From positions 226,475 to 290,474 of the forward strand of contig JARLHQ010000028.1 of assembly GCA_031292175.1 (NCBI GenBank): a DNA stretch of 64,000 nucleotides. The letters run 5' to 3'. Position numbers and translations under genes: made by a program. Positions 1 to 10,902 of this stretch are shown here, in pieces. The notes below the pieces were generated by a model that was not told the origin of the DNA, ran no database searches, and saw only the letters and a program-made list of their open reading frames with translations. The stretch comes from Humidesulfovibrio sp. (GTDB taxonomy: Bacteria > Desulfobacterota > Desulfovibrionia > Desulfovibrionales > Desulfovibrionaceae). Position 1 is the stretch's first letter. Each line of letters starts with the position of its first letter.

Positions 1-978
<978 letters not shown>

Positions 979-1004
979 GGCACTGCCCTCCGGCATTTGG
1001 CGCT

Positions 1005-1212
1005 GTCCCTGGGTGAGGCTCCGCCTCCCCCAGCCCCCCTCCGCCAAGGGGAATGATTCCCCTTGGAACCCTCGGTTGGGGGAGATGGCGCTTGATGGAA
1101 CCGCCCTGCGAATCGCCGTGGCCTTCGACGGAGACTCGCAGAGGGGGGGATTCCAAAGGGCCCCCATTCGACGAGAGGGCCCTTTGGCGGGGTCCAGGGG
1201 CGCTGCCCCTGG
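1005..1212. repeat. two related double-hairpin REP-like elements in inverted orientation between argG and argH
   Basis: Minus copy (about 1005-1073): GGTTCCAAGGGGAATCATTCCCCTTGGCGG plus a second hairpin; plus copy (about 1146-1212): GGATTCCAAAGGGCCC..GGGCCCTTTGGCGGGGTCCAGGGGCGCTGCCCCTGG. Confidence 0.55.
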
Positions 1213-1220
1213 CTTTTCTC

Positions 1221-2417
1221 TTATTTGCCAGCCATGCGGCCCTTCAGGCGCAGCCCCACGAGCTTGATGAAGCCCGCGGCGTCGGCCTGATTGTAGACCT
1301 CGTCCTCCTCGAAGGTGGCGAGGTCCATGCGGTACAGCGAGAACAGCGACTTGCGGCCGACAGGGACGCAGTTGCCCTTGTACAGCTTGAGCCGCACGGT
1401 GCCGGTGACCTTTTCCTGGGTCTTGTCGACCATGGCCTGCAGGGCCTCACGCTCGGGCGCGAACCAATAGCCGTAGTAGACCATCTCGGCGTACCGCGGG
1501 ATGAGCGAGTCGCGCAGGTGCATGACCTCGCGGTCGAGGCACAGGCCCTCCAGGTCGCGCTTGGCGACGTGGATGATGGTGCCGCCGGGGGTCTCGTACA
1601 CGCCGCGCGACTTCATGCCGACGAAGCGGTTCTCGACCATGTCGACCCGGCCGATGCCGTGGCGGCCGCCGATCTCGTTCAGGGTGAGCACCATCTGCGC
1701 GGGGCTGAGCGGCTTGCCGCTCAGGGCCACGGCATTGCCGGCCTCAAAGTCGATGGTGATTTCCTCGGCCTTGTCCGGAGCGTCTTCGATGGGCACGCAG
1801 TAACGGTGGCAGCCCTTGGCGGGCTCGTTCCAGGGATCTTCCAGCTCGCCGCCCTCGAAGGAAACGTGCAGCAGGTTGGCGTCCTGGCTCCAGGGCTTGG
1901 CCTGGCTGACGGGAACGGGAATGCCGTGCTTCTCGGCGTAGGCGACCAGGTCGGTGCGGGACTTCATGTCCCAGTCCCGCCAGGGGGCGATGGTCTTGAG
2001 CTTGGGGTTGAGCGCCATGGTGGTGAGCTCGAAACGCACCTGATCGTTGCCCTTGCCCGTGGCGCCGTGGGCCACGGCCTGTGCGTCCTCGGCCTCGGCG
2101 ATTTCGCACATGCGCTTGGCGATGAGCGGTCGGGCGATGGCGGTGCCGAGCAGATAACGGCCCTCATAGAGGGCGGCGGCGCGCAGCATGGGGAACACGA
2201 AGTCGCGGGCGTATTCCTCGCGGATGTCCTCGACGTAGGCCTTGGTCGCGCCGGTGGCGAGCGCCTTGGCTTCGACGCCGTCCAGCTCCTCGCCCTGGCC
2301 GAGGTCTGCGGTGAAGGTGACGACCTCGCAATCATAGGTGTTCTTGATCCATTTCAGGATGATGGAGGTGTCCAGGCCGCCGGAGTAGGCGAGGACGACT
2401 TTCTTGATGGAACTCAT
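1221..2417 (-). CDS. argG: argininosuccinate synthase
   Basis: [22 protein letters not shown] and [10 protein letters not shown] motifs. Confidence 0.98.
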   Translation of the reverse strand: MSSIKKVVLAYSGGLDTSIILKWIKNTYDCEVVTFTADLGQGEELDGVEAKALATGATKAYVEDIREEYARDFVFPMLRAAALYEGRYLLGTAIARPLIAKRMCEIAEAEDAQAVAHGATGKGNDQVRFELTTMALNPKLKTIAPWRDWDMKSRTDLVAYAEKHGIPVPVSQAKPWSQDANLLHVSFEGGELEDPWNEPAKGCHRYCVPIEDAPDKAEEITIDFEAGNAVALSGKPLSPAQMVLTLNEIGGRHGIGRVDMVENRFVGMKSRGVYETPGGTIIHVAKRDLEGLCLDREVMHLRDSLIPRYAEMVYYGYWFAPEREALQAMVDKTQEKVTGTVRLKLYKGNCVPVGRKSLFSLYRMDLATFEEDEVYNQADAAGFIKLVGLRLKGRMAGK

Positions 2418-2442
2418 GTTCTGCTCCCTTTCGAGACTAGGA

Positions 2443-3348
2443 TTACAGGGCCCCGAAGACCCATTCGAGAATGGCCTTCTGCATGTGCAGACGGTTCTCG
2501 GCTTCGTCGAAAATCATGTCCGCGTTGCCCTCGAAGACCTCGTCGGTGATCTCCTCGCCCCTGTGCGCGGGCAGGCAGTGCATGACCTTGCAGCCGGGCT
2601 TGGCCAGGGCCATGAGCCGGGCGTCGAGCTGATAGCCCTCGAAGGCGGCCTCGCGCCGCAGCTGCTCGGCCTCCTGGCCCATGGAGGCCCAGACGTCGGT
2701 GTTCAGATAGTCCGCGCCCGTGGCGGCGGCGGCCGGGTCTTCCGTCAGGATGACGCGCGCGCCGGCGGCCTTGGCCTTGGCGACGATCTCCATATCCGGG
2801 GTGTAGCCCGCCGGGCAGGCCAGGACCAGCTCGAAGCCATACTGCACGGCGGCCTCAATCCAGGACTGGGCCATGTTGTTGCCGTCGCCGATCCAACCCA
2901 CCTTAAGGGAGGGGAGGTCCGGGGTGCGCTCGTACATGGTCAGCACGTCGCTCATGACCTGGCAGGGGTGGTGCTGGTCGGTCAGGGCGTTGACGACCGG
3001 AATGCTGCCCCACTCCACCAGGGTTTCCAGCTTCTCCTGGCCGAAGGTGCGCACGACCATCGCGTCCGCATAGCGCGAGAGCACGCGCGCGGTGTCCTTC
3101 AGGGGCTCGTTGCGGCCCAGCTGCGACTCGTTGGGGGTCAGGAACACAGTCTGGCCGCCCAGCTGGCGCACGGCCACCTCGAAGGAGACGCGGGTGCGCG
3201 TGGAGGCCTTCTCAAAGATCAGGATGACGGTCTTGCCATCCAGAAGTTTGGTGCGGATCTTGCCTTCCTTGAGGGTTTTGGCACGCGTGAGAACCGCGCG
3301 CGCCTCCTCTTGCGAAAGGTCCAGGATGTTCAAAAAATGTCTGGGCAT
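2443..3348 (-). CDS. argF: ornithine carbamoyltransferase
   Basis: [20 protein letters not shown] and HCLP motifs. Confidence 0.97.
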   Translation of the reverse strand: MPRHFLNILDLSQEEARAVLTRAKTLKEGKIRTKLLDGKTVILIFEKASTRTRVSFEVAVRQLGGQTVFLTPNESQLGRNEPLKDTARVLSRYADAMVVRTFGQEKLETLVEWGSIPVVNALTDQHHPCQVMSDVLTMYERTPDLPSLKVGWIGDGNNMAQSWIEAAVQYGFELVLACPAGYTPDMEIVAKAKAAGARVILTEDPAAAATGADYLNTDVWASMGQEAEQLRREAAFEGYQLDARLMALAKPGCKVMHCLPAHRGEEITDEVFEGNADMIFDEAENRLHMQKAILEWVFGAL

Positions 3349-3456
3349 GGCGGATTCTCCTCACAGGAACTGCCGTGGGGCGATTTTAGTGCGAAAAAGG
3401 ACATTTTGCCCAAGGGGGCGGCGGATGTAAAGGGGAAGAAGACCGCGCGGCCCGGC

Positions 3457-3936
3457 CTACCAGTCGGAATCGCAGGCGCCGCCGCAGCCGTCGCAGGCGT
3501 TCACGCTTTCGGCGATGCCCACGGCCAAGTCTGTCAGCGCGTCCATCTCCTCGCCGTGGTCGTACCCGGCGAGGTGCAGGATACCGTGGGCCAAGAGCCG
3601 CGCCAGATGCGCGCCGGGCTCCTGCTCGTAGAGGAAGGCCTCGCGGGCCAGGGTCTCCACGGACAGAAACAGCGCGCCCAGCTCCTTTGGCGCATCGGGG
3701 TCGCCCTCGGGGAAGCTCAAAATGTTCGTGGGTCCCTGGCAGCGCAGGTACTTGGCGTTCAAGGCCGCGATGCCCGCGTCATCCAGAAGCGTGAGCGTCA
3801 GACGCGAGCCGCAGAGCCCCAGGGCCGCCAGGAGCGTCTCCACCAGGGCGGCGAGTTCGCGCCGCGCCAGGGGAAAGCGCGGGTCCAGGGTGTGCGGCCG
3901 GGTCTGGATGTCCAGGGTGACGGCGGCGCGGCTCAT
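3457..3936 (-). CDS. ybeY: rRNA maturation RNase YbeY
   Basis: HGILHLAGYDH zinc motif, PTNILSFP; overlaps the phoH stop. Confidence 0.93.
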   Translation of the reverse strand: MSRAAVTLDIQTRPHTLDPRFPLARRELAALVETLLAALGLCGSRLTLTLLDDAGIAALNAKYLRCQGPTNILSFPEGDPDAPKELGALFLSVETLAREAFLYEQEPGAHLARLLAHGILHLAGYDHGEEMDALTDLAVGIAESVNACDGCGGACDSDW

Positions 3937-4931
3937 TTGGCCTCGCCCTTCAGCTCGCCTTTCCGGACACGTTCGTGGCGCTCGTAGGCCTGCACGATGC
4001 GGCCCACCAGCGGATGGCGGATGACGTCCTCCTCGTGGAACTGCACAAAGCGGATGCCCGCGACGCCTTGCAGGATCTTGTGCGCCTCCACCAGGCCGGA
4101 GCGGATCTGCGTGGGCAGGTCAATCTGGGTCACGTCGCCCGTGACCACGCAGCGCGAGCCGAAGCCCAGGCGCGTCAGAAACATCTTCATCTGCTCGGGC
4201 GTGGTGTTCTGGGCCTCGTCCAGGATGACGAAGGCATCATTCAGGGTGCGGCCGCGCATGAAGGCCAGCGGGGCCACCTCAATGACGCCGGTCTCCAGCA
4301 TGTCCTGCACGCGGGCAAAATCCAGCATGTCGTGCAGGGCATCGTACAGCGGACGCAGGTAGGGATTCACCTTCTCGGCTAGGTCGCCGGGCAGGAAGCC
4401 CAGCTTCTCGCCCGCCTCCACCGCCGGGCGGGCCAGCACGATGCGCTTGACCTCACGCCGCATGAGGGCGGAGACGGCCAGGGCCACGGCGAGATATGTC
4501 TTGCCCGTCCCGGCGGGGCCGATGGCGAACACGAGGTCGTGCTCACGGATGGCCGCGAGGTAGTCGCGCTGGCTGAGGGTCTTGGGGGCGATGGTCTTCT
4601 TGGGCGAGGCCACGTAGACCGTGTCCTGGAAGATGCGCCGGATGTCCGAGCCGGGTTCGCGCAGCAGGATGCGCCACGCGCAGTCCACGTCCTGGGGATG
4701 CACCTGCCGGCCCTCGCGCAGGAGGCCGTAGAGTTGCGTCAACACGCTGGCGCAGACCTCAACGAGGTCGTCCGCGCCGGTCAGGGTGGCGCTGGCGCCG
4801 CGCGTCTCGATGCCCACCCCGCTCTTCTCCGTCAGCAGGGCCAGATTCGCGCCCTGCGGCCCGAACAGCTTGTTGGCCAGATCGGAATCCTGGAACTCCA
4901 GCTTGCGAACCGCTGCGCTCTGTGTGTTCAT
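3933..4931 (-). CDS. phoH: PhoH family ATPase (YbeZ type)
   Basis: GPAGTGKT, RPAVEAGEKLGFLPG, MRGRTL, DEAQN; start placed at MNTQ (4931). Confidence 0.93.
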   Translation of the reverse strand: MNTQSAAVRKLEFQDSDLANKLFGPQGANLALLTEKSGVGIETRGASATLTGADDLVEVCASVLTQLYGLLREGRQVHPQDVDCAWRILLREPGSDIRRIFQDTVYVASPKKTIAPKTLSQRDYLAAIREHDLVFAIGPAGTGKTYLAVALAVSALMRREVKRIVLARPAVEAGEKLGFLPGDLAEKVNPYLRPLYDALHDMLDFARVQDMLETGVIEVAPLAFMRGRTLNDAFVILDEAQNTTPEQMKMFLTRLGFGSRCVVTGDVTQIDLPTQIRSGLVEAHKILQGVAGIRFVQFHEEDVIRHPLVGRIVQAYERHERVRKGELKGEAK

Positions 4932-5010
4932 GCCGTGCGACTGCCTCCCGGAAAGCTCGTTGCTTTTGGCTACAGCAATCGGGGATGCGCCGCAAGACCG
5001 TCCCGGAGCC

Positions 5011-6111
5011 TCAACCGTGCGTGCAATGCGCGTGTCCGCGGGATGCGACAAGGGCGCGGGCGATGAGCGCCAGCAGCAGCAGCGCGCTGGCCGTTTCCAG
5101 CCAGGGCGGCAGCGCCTCGGTCACCTGGCCGAGCACGGCGTGGATATTGAACCCTAACGCCACATACACGCGGTTGACCAGAAACCCGAAGCCCAGGGAG
5201 CACACGGCGATGGCCCCGACATAGACGCCCGTGAGCGCACTGCCGAAGGTGCGCGCCATGGCCGTGATGGTGGTGGCGTTGGTCGCCGGGCCGGAAAGCA
5301 GGAACACGAGCGCCGCGCCGGGTGAAAGACCCTTCAGGAGCAAGGAAGCCGCGATGGGCGTGGAACTCGACGCGCACACATACAAGGGGATGCCCAAGAG
5401 CAGCATGGCCAGCATGGAGCTGAACTCCCCGCCCGGCACGCCAAGGAGCATTTGCGGCGGCAAAAAGCTGGAGATGGCTCCGGCGATCAGGATGCCGATG
5501 AGCAGCCAGCCGCCCACATCCGCCAGCATCCCGCCGAAGGCCTCGCCCAGGCCGAGACGCAGGCGCGCGCCAAGGCGCGGGGTTGGCTTGGTGTCAGTTG
5601 GCGCGCTCGCGGCAAGGTTCCCCGAGCAGTTCCCGCCCCCGCACGAGCATCCGCAGGCGGGGGCCTGGGCGGCCTTTGGCGCGGGGGTGAACCGCGCGGG
5701 CAGCAGGTTGGCCGCCAGCCCGGCCACCAGGGCCGTGGCGAGGGCCGCCAGAGGGCGCAGCACCGTCATCAGCGGGTCGATCATGGCATAGGTCACGGCA
5801 AGGGAGTCCACGCCGGTTTCGGGTGTGGCGATCATGAAGGCCGTCGTGGCGCCCGGCCCGGCGCCCTGCCGCCGCAGACCAAGCGCGGCGGGCAACACCC
5901 CGCAGGAGCACAACGGCAGCGGCACGCCGATGAGCGCGGCCTTCAGCACCGAGAGCGGCCCGCGTCCGCCCAGATGGCGGATCATCCAGGCGTCGGGCAG
6001 ACCGGCCTTGAGCAGACCGGCCACGAAAAAGCCCAAGAGCATGAACGGCGCGGCCTCACGCAGCACGATCCAGCACTCCCAAAAGTATCCCGTCGCAACA
6101 GCAAGCCACAT
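5011..6111 (-). CDS. ArsP/SO_0444-type metal permease (predicted Cu/Zn efflux)
   Basis: Duplicated membrane domains with PLPLCSCGV and PLYVCASSSTP motifs and a Cys-rich linker; start placed at MWLAV (6111); downstream of an ArsR/SmtB gene. Confidence 0.85.
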   Translation of the reverse strand: MWLAVATGYFWECWIVLREAAPFMLLGFFVAGLLKAGLPDAWMIRHLGGRGPLSVLKAALIGVPLPLCSCGVLPAALGLRRQGAGPGATTAFMIATPETGVDSLAVTYAMIDPLMTVLRPLAALATALVAGLAANLLPARFTPAPKAAQAPACGCSCGGGNCSGNLAASAPTDTKPTPRLGARLRLGLGEAFGGMLADVGGWLLIGILIAGAISSFLPPQMLLGVPGGEFSSMLAMLLLGIPLYVCASSSTPIAASLLLKGLSPGAALVFLLSGPATNATTITAMARTFGSALTGVYVGAIAVCSLGFGFLVNRVYVALGFNIHAVLGQVTEALPPWLETASALLLLALIARALVASRGHAHCTHG

Positions 6112-6140
6112 GATCCGCCCCCTTGTGCCCGTATTACGTA

Positions 6141-6154
6141 TGAGCACATGTTCA
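6141..6154. promoter_or_regulatory. SmtB/ArsR-type operator upstream of the permease
   Basis: TGAGCA-CA-TGTTCA imperfect palindrome resembling the SmtB core TGAACA-NN-TATTCA; TTGACT on the minus strand at 6167-6162. Confidence 0.6.
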
Positions 6155-6176
6155 CACAACAAGTCAAAAAAAACCG

Positions 6177-6575
6177 TTACTCCAGCACGTGCTCCAGTCC
6201 TTGGGCAATAAGCGAATGCACATGTCCGTCGTCCAGCACGTAGAACACATTCTTGCCCTCTTTGCGGGCGCGCACCAGTTTGGCAGTGCGCAAGAGCCTC
6301 AGTTGGTGCGAGATGGCCGAGGCGCTGACGCCGAGAGCGGCCGAGATATCGCACACGCACAGCTCGCCCAACGAAAGCGCGTGCAGGATGCGCACCCGCG
6401 TGCGGTCGCCCAGCAGACTGAAGATTTCCGCCAGACCATCCGCAGCGGCATCCGCCAAGAGCACCCCACGCACCTTGTCCACACGATCGTGATGGATGCA
6501 CGGCCGCTCACAAGCGTCCAGGCTACCGGCTTCAGCCGAAACAAGATCATCTGAACAACCACTCATATGTTCCAT
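6177..6575 (-). CDS. ArsR/SmtB family metal-sensing repressor
   Basis: ELCVCD alpha3 motif, N-terminal CxxxC, HTH SAISHQLRLLR, alpha5 site DGH-x10-HVLE. Confidence 0.92.
   Translation of the reverse strand: MEHMSGCSDDLVSAEAGSLDACERPCIHHDRVDKVRGVLLADAAADGLAEIFSLLGDRTRVRILHALSLGELCVCDISAALGVSASAISHQLRLLRTAKLVRARKEGKNVFYVLDDGHVHSLIAQGLEHVLE
6549..6568. promoter_or_regulatory. second SmtB-type operator overlapping the 5' end of the repressor gene
   Basis: Minus strand ATATGAGTGGTTGTTCAGAT, similar to SmtB/ZiaR boxes. Confidence 0.5.
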
Positions 6576-6605
6576 CTATGTCCTGTCCCTGTGGGTGTCA
6601 AGCAC

Positions 6606-7688
6606 CTATTGACTGGCCGTGGCCTCGGTCAGAAGCGTCACGTTGCTCTTGGTGAAGAAGCCGTCGAACCCCTCGTAGCGGTGGATGTACTCGTTGACCA
6701 GCAGGGTCTCGGCCGAAGGGCGGCTGAAGGTCTGCTTGAGCCCCTCCTCCTGCGAGCCCACGAGCTCCAGCAGGAATTCCATGCCCCCCGCCTTGAGCCC
6801 GGCAAAGGTGTCTTCAATGCGCTCCGTGCGGAAGGCCAGGTGGTGGATGCGCCGTCCGTAATTCTGGATGAATTTCTCGGTCGGGCCTTCCTGGCCGGCC
6901 GCCGCGTCGCCCAGACCGGAGGTGATGACCATGGCGTAGGGTTCGCCCGCGAGGCGCGCCACGTTGGTGATGGAGTTCAGGTTGTCCACGTACACGGCCA
7001 TGGAAAATTCATAGTCCGTGAGCTCCAGGAACTCCACGATGGCGTCGTCGCGGTCCTTGGCGCGCACGCGCACCGAGGCGTGGTCGAACACGCCGATATT
7101 GCGCAGCTGCGCGCGGTCCGGCTTGGACAGGCACCAGCCGCCGGGCCGCACGCGGTCGGAAAGATGCTGCCGCCCCCCCTTGAGCCACTGGACAAAGCCG
7201 TAGGACAAGGCGCTCTTGGCCGAGGGCGCGGTCTGGATGAACAGCGAGGAATCGGAGCGGATGACGCCGTCCGTCATGAAGCGCACCCCACGCTTTTTCT
7301 GAATGTCCACATAGCGCGGCAAGTCGCGGCAGGCGAAAACCATGGCCTCCACGCGGGTGCCGGGCAGATGCGCGGACTTCGGCCCCAGAGGCTCGGCGGC
7401 GAAGGGGCTGTTGCCTCCCGCGCGCGCACGCAAAACGAAATCTGCGGAACCCGGCAACTCCAGCACGCAGCCAGAACCGGTTGCATCCTCGAAGGACGTG
7501 CCGAAGAAATAGCCCGTCGTGTTGAGAAAATCCGCCGCCGCGCTTTTCAGCCGGTCCGGCTCCACGCCCAGGACCACAGCCTCCAATCCGCCCACCAGCC
7601 CGGTAAGGCCAAGCTCCCGGCGCATCGCCAGCACCTTCTCCACTCGTCCACGCAACACGCTGTCATCATTTCGAAACTGCTGCGTCAT
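6606..7688 (-). CDS. VOC-fold, 4-hydroxyphenylpyruvate dioxygenase-like protein
   Basis: FDHA..., IHHLAFRT, LKQTFS...NEYIHR..GFDGFF pattern resembling the HPPD C-domain His/His/Glu triad. Confidence 0.7.
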   Translation of the reverse strand: MTQQFRNDDSVLRGRVEKVLAMRRELGLTGLVGGLEAVVLGVEPDRLKSAAADFLNTTGYFFGTSFEDATGSGCVLELPGSADFVLRARAGGNSPFAAEPLGPKSAHLPGTRVEAMVFACRDLPRYVDIQKKRGVRFMTDGVIRSDSSLFIQTAPSAKSALSYGFVQWLKGGRQHLSDRVRPGGWCLSKPDRAQLRNIGVFDHASVRVRAKDRDDAIVEFLELTDYEFSMAVYVDNLNSITNVARLAGEPYAMVITSGLGDAAAGQEGPTEKFIQNYGRRIHHLAFRTERIEDTFAGLKAGGMEFLLELVGSQEEGLKQTFSRPSAETLLVNEYIHRYEGFDGFFTKSNVTLLTEATASQ

Positions 7689-7866
7689 GCCCGAGACCTC
7701 CTGGCTTTGCGCGGGCGGTATCGCCAGCGTTTCCTCTTCTGCCCTGCGGAACCGTTTTGGTCAAGTTGGCCCAGTTTGTTGACAGGCCGTAGGCTTTCAC
7801 TTAGACACTACGTACATAGAATTGTATATTTTGTGATGTTAACTATATCAATAGGTTGGGTCACGT

Positions 7867-9087
7867 ATGCATTTGCCTTTCAGATCCGGGCGCGAGTTTT
7901 CCGTCCAGCTTAAGGCCTTGCTCCAACGCTCCGCCACCACCTGCACCATGACGGCCGTGCAATGGGATACGCTTGCTGAGGAATTTGGCCCCGAGGTCTA
8001 TTCCGAGGCGCTCTACCAACTGACCCGTCTGGAGGTGCAGCCAGCAGAGGCGCGCGAACGGCTGCAGGCCATAGTCGCCCACCAGCGGCAGCTGTCCAAG
8101 GACTTGAACCGCTGCGTCAGCCTGATCACCGCCATCTGCGACTATTTCACACAGGTGGACCCCATGGTGCGCGAACCGGTGCTGGTGGAGGTGCGCCTGC
8201 TGCAGCAGAAAGAGGAGTTCGCCGTGCGCGATGAACTCACAGGCCTGCTGAACCGCCGCTCCTTCAACCAGGAAGTTCCGCGCGAGATGGAGCGTTTTCG
8301 CCGCTTCGGGCAATGTTTTTCCCTGCTCCTGCTCGACCTGGACCGCTTCAAGGACTTCAACGACGCCAATGGCCACAGCGCAGGCGACCAGGCCTTGCAG
8401 GACGTGGGCCGCATTCTGACCGAGACGGCGCGGCTCTATGACCGCGTGATACGCTATGGCGGCGAGGAGTTTGCCGTCATCCTGCCCCAGACCAACGGGG
8501 ACGAAGCCCAGGCCGTGGCTGAGCGCATCCGCCTGGCTGTGGCCAGACACCATGTACGCTTCGCCGGGCAGGACCTGGCCCCGGTGACGGTGAGCACCGG
8601 CTTGGCCTGCTATCCCAAGGACGGCCTGGACATGGAGGGGCTGGTGCACAATGCGGACAAGGCGCTCTATGAGGCCAAGGCGCTACGAAACACCGTGCTG
8701 CGCTTCCGCGACAGCAAGCGCAGCCATCCACGCTACCTGCTGAGCGACCCCCTGCCGCTGACGCTTCGCACGGAGGAGCAGGACGAAATCCGGGCCGAGG
8801 CCTGCGACGTGAGTTTTGGCGGGTTGCGCTGCATCTCCGAAGCCCCGTTCCAGCCCGCGACTCCGCTGCATGTGGTGCTCACGGACGCGGCCCGCGCCCT
8901 CCAGCTGCCCCTGCGGGCAGAGGTGCGCCACTTGGCCCCGGACAAGGCTGGGAACTTTCAGCTGGGCCTGTCTTTCCACCTGGGCGTGGAGGAACAGATA
9001 AAGCTCCTGGCACTGCTGGACGGCCGCATGGCGCTGGCGTCCACCACGCTGTGCGGGATTGTTCAGCCGCGTCCCGCCGACTGCTAA
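7867..9087 (+). CDS. diguanylate cyclase with C-terminal PilZ domain
   Basis: DELTGLLNRR, RLYD I-site, RYGGEEF; PilZ motifs RSHPR and DVSFGG. Confidence 0.9.
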   Translation: MHLPFRSGREFSVQLKALLQRSATTCTMTAVQWDTLAEEFGPEVYSEALYQLTRLEVQPAEARERLQAIVAHQRQLSKDLNRCVSLITAICDYFTQVDPMVREPVLVEVRLLQQKEEFAVRDELTGLLNRRSFNQEVPREMERFRRFGQCFSLLLLDLDRFKDFNDANGHSAGDQALQDVGRILTETARLYDRVIRYGGEEFAVILPQTNGDEAQAVAERIRLAVARHHVRFAGQDLAPVTVSTGLACYPKDGLDMEGLVHNADKALYEAKALRNTVLRFRDSKRSHPRYLLSDPLPLTLRTEEQDEIRAEACDVSFGGLRCISEAPFQPATPLHVVLTDAARALQLPLRAEVRHLAPDKAGNFQLGLSFHLGVEEQIKLLALLDGRMALASTTLCGIVQPRPADC

Positions 9088-10763
9088 TCCGACCCCAGGC
9101 CGAGGCGCTCCATCTTGCGCCGCAGATCGGCCTCCAACAGCGCCTCTCCCCGCTCGCGCAGGCGGACGAAATCCGCTCCAGCATACTTTGTCAGCAACTT
9201 GTGCGTGTTGGCCGTGGCATTGCCAATGTCCGCGGTGGAATGCTCCGCCGCCGCGCCGCTACGCCGTTTGTGGCGTACGCACAGGTGTCCCTGGTAGGCC
9301 GCGTGGCCCCCGAAAAGCCCCAGGCGCAGATCCCGCTCCAGGTCGTCGAACTGCGTGGGCGAGAAACGGATGTCGAACCCGCCGGTCCTGTCGATGTCCG
9401 CCTCGCGCAGCAGATGGCAGCAGCCCGTCACGCTCACGCAAGGGCGCAGATAACTGAACTGGCCCAGATCCGGCTGGCCCAGGTGCATACGCGGGAGCAC
9501 CAGGGGCTGTTCGCCCTCCCCCGCCGGAAGCGGGGTCAGGTCCACGCTTTGCGCAACAAGCGGGTTCGCGTCGTCCACCACGCGGCAGCCCCAGACCGAG
9601 GCCTCCGGGCAGGCCGTAACAGCGGCGCCGAGTTTGAGCAGCCAGTCGGCAGGCAGGGCGACATCGTCGTCCAAAAAAGCGAGGTACGGAAAGCGCCGCA
9701 CCTCTGGCAGAGACAAAAGCCAGTTGCGCGCGGCGGGTGCGCCGATGTTCACCGGCAGGCGAAGCGGCGTGAGACGTTCGCCCAGAAGCTGTTTCCAGGT
9801 GGCCAGAACGCCCGGGGTGCCATCGCTTGAGCCGTTGTCCAGCACCCAGACGCGGGCCTCGCCAATGTCCGAAGCCGCGAGCGAGGCCAGGGTCTCATCC
9901 AGTTCGCGGGCCTTGTTGAAGGTATAGAGCAGAATGGCCGCGCCTCCAGGCACGGGCAGAGCCGCCCTGGCCTCGCCGTTGACGAGATCAAACAGGCGCA
10001 GCCACTGGCTGGTGCGCCAGGGCGAACGGACCAAACCGTGCCGCAGCACCTCCGCGGCCTCGTCCGCGCCCACGGCGGGACCAAGGCGCATAAGGCACTC
10101 CGAGCGCAGGCAGGCATCGCCCACGAGCGTCGCCAGCATCGGAGCGGCGTTCAGGCTGGCCAGGGCGCTATGGGCATCCCCCCGCGCCAGAAACGCCTGC
10201 GCCGCGAAACGATGCCGCAGAGGGGCCAGGGTGCGCGGCCAGGTAGCCTCGGCCAGGATCTCGTCCACAAGACTCCAATCCGCAACAGGCCAGGCCAGCT
10301 CCCAGGCCGAAAGCTTCCAGAACAGGTTCTTGGGCTCGGCGGACAGGCCCTGGCGCACCAGGCCCAGGCGGCTGCCGTGGTCCGGCGCGGACCACCAGGC
10401 GTGCTCCGACGTGGGCGCACTCCAGAAGTTCACCTGGGCCTGCAGCAGCTGGGACACGGGCGCGGGCAGCGTTGGCCAGCCCGGCAAGGGCTGCGCAAGC
10501 AGCATCGCGGCCAGGGAGCCGTCCAGGGGCGATTCGATCCAGGCCGCGAGCAACACGTTTTGCGCCAGAAGCGACATCCGCCGCAGGCTGGCGGGGTCCG
10601 CCGGGGCGCTGGCGGCCTCGGACAGCACACGACGGGCCACGGCCAGCAGATGGTCGCGCCCGCGCGAGCCATGCAGCAGCAACCGGCGCGCCGAATCGGG
10701 AATCCCGGGCCAGGAAAGCGGAACGCCTTGGGCTGTCTTGGAAACGTTGGAAACGGCGGTCAT
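9084..10763 (-). CDS. family 2 glycosyltransferase with helical N-terminal region
   Basis: LDNGSSD, NIGAPAARN, FLDDD and GGFD motifs. Confidence 0.85.
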   Translation of the reverse strand: MTAVSNVSKTAQGVPLSWPGIPDSARRLLLHGSRGRDHLLAVARRVLSEAASAPADPASLRRMSLLAQNVLLAAWIESPLDGSLAAMLLAQPLPGWPTLPAPVSQLLQAQVNFWSAPTSEHAWWSAPDHGSRLGLVRQGLSAEPKNLFWKLSAWELAWPVADWSLVDEILAEATWPRTLAPLRHRFAAQAFLARGDAHSALASLNAAPMLATLVGDACLRSECLMRLGPAVGADEAAEVLRHGLVRSPWRTSQWLRLFDLVNGEARAALPVPGGAAILLYTFNKARELDETLASLAASDIGEARVWVLDNGSSDGTPGVLATWKQLLGERLTPLRLPVNIGAPAARNWLLSLPEVRRFPYLAFLDDDVALPADWLLKLGAAVTACPEASVWGCRVVDDANPLVAQSVDLTPLPAGEGEQPLVLPRMHLGQPDLGQFSYLRPCVSVTGCCHLLREADIDRTGGFDIRFSPTQFDDLERDLRLGLFGGHAAYQGHLCVRHKRRSGAAAEHSTADIGNATANTHKLLTKYAGADFVRLRERGEALLEADLRRKMERLGLGSD

Positions 10764-10902
10764 GGAGCCTCCGGACGCCGGGGGTGCGCAAACGTTGCGC
10801 GGCGCGGCGTCTGGTTCAGCGGTCTATAAACAGGGGCCAGCGATACGCCCCTTCCCTATCAGTCTCACGCATTGGCCTGCTTCACTGGCCTGTTTCATGG
10901 GC

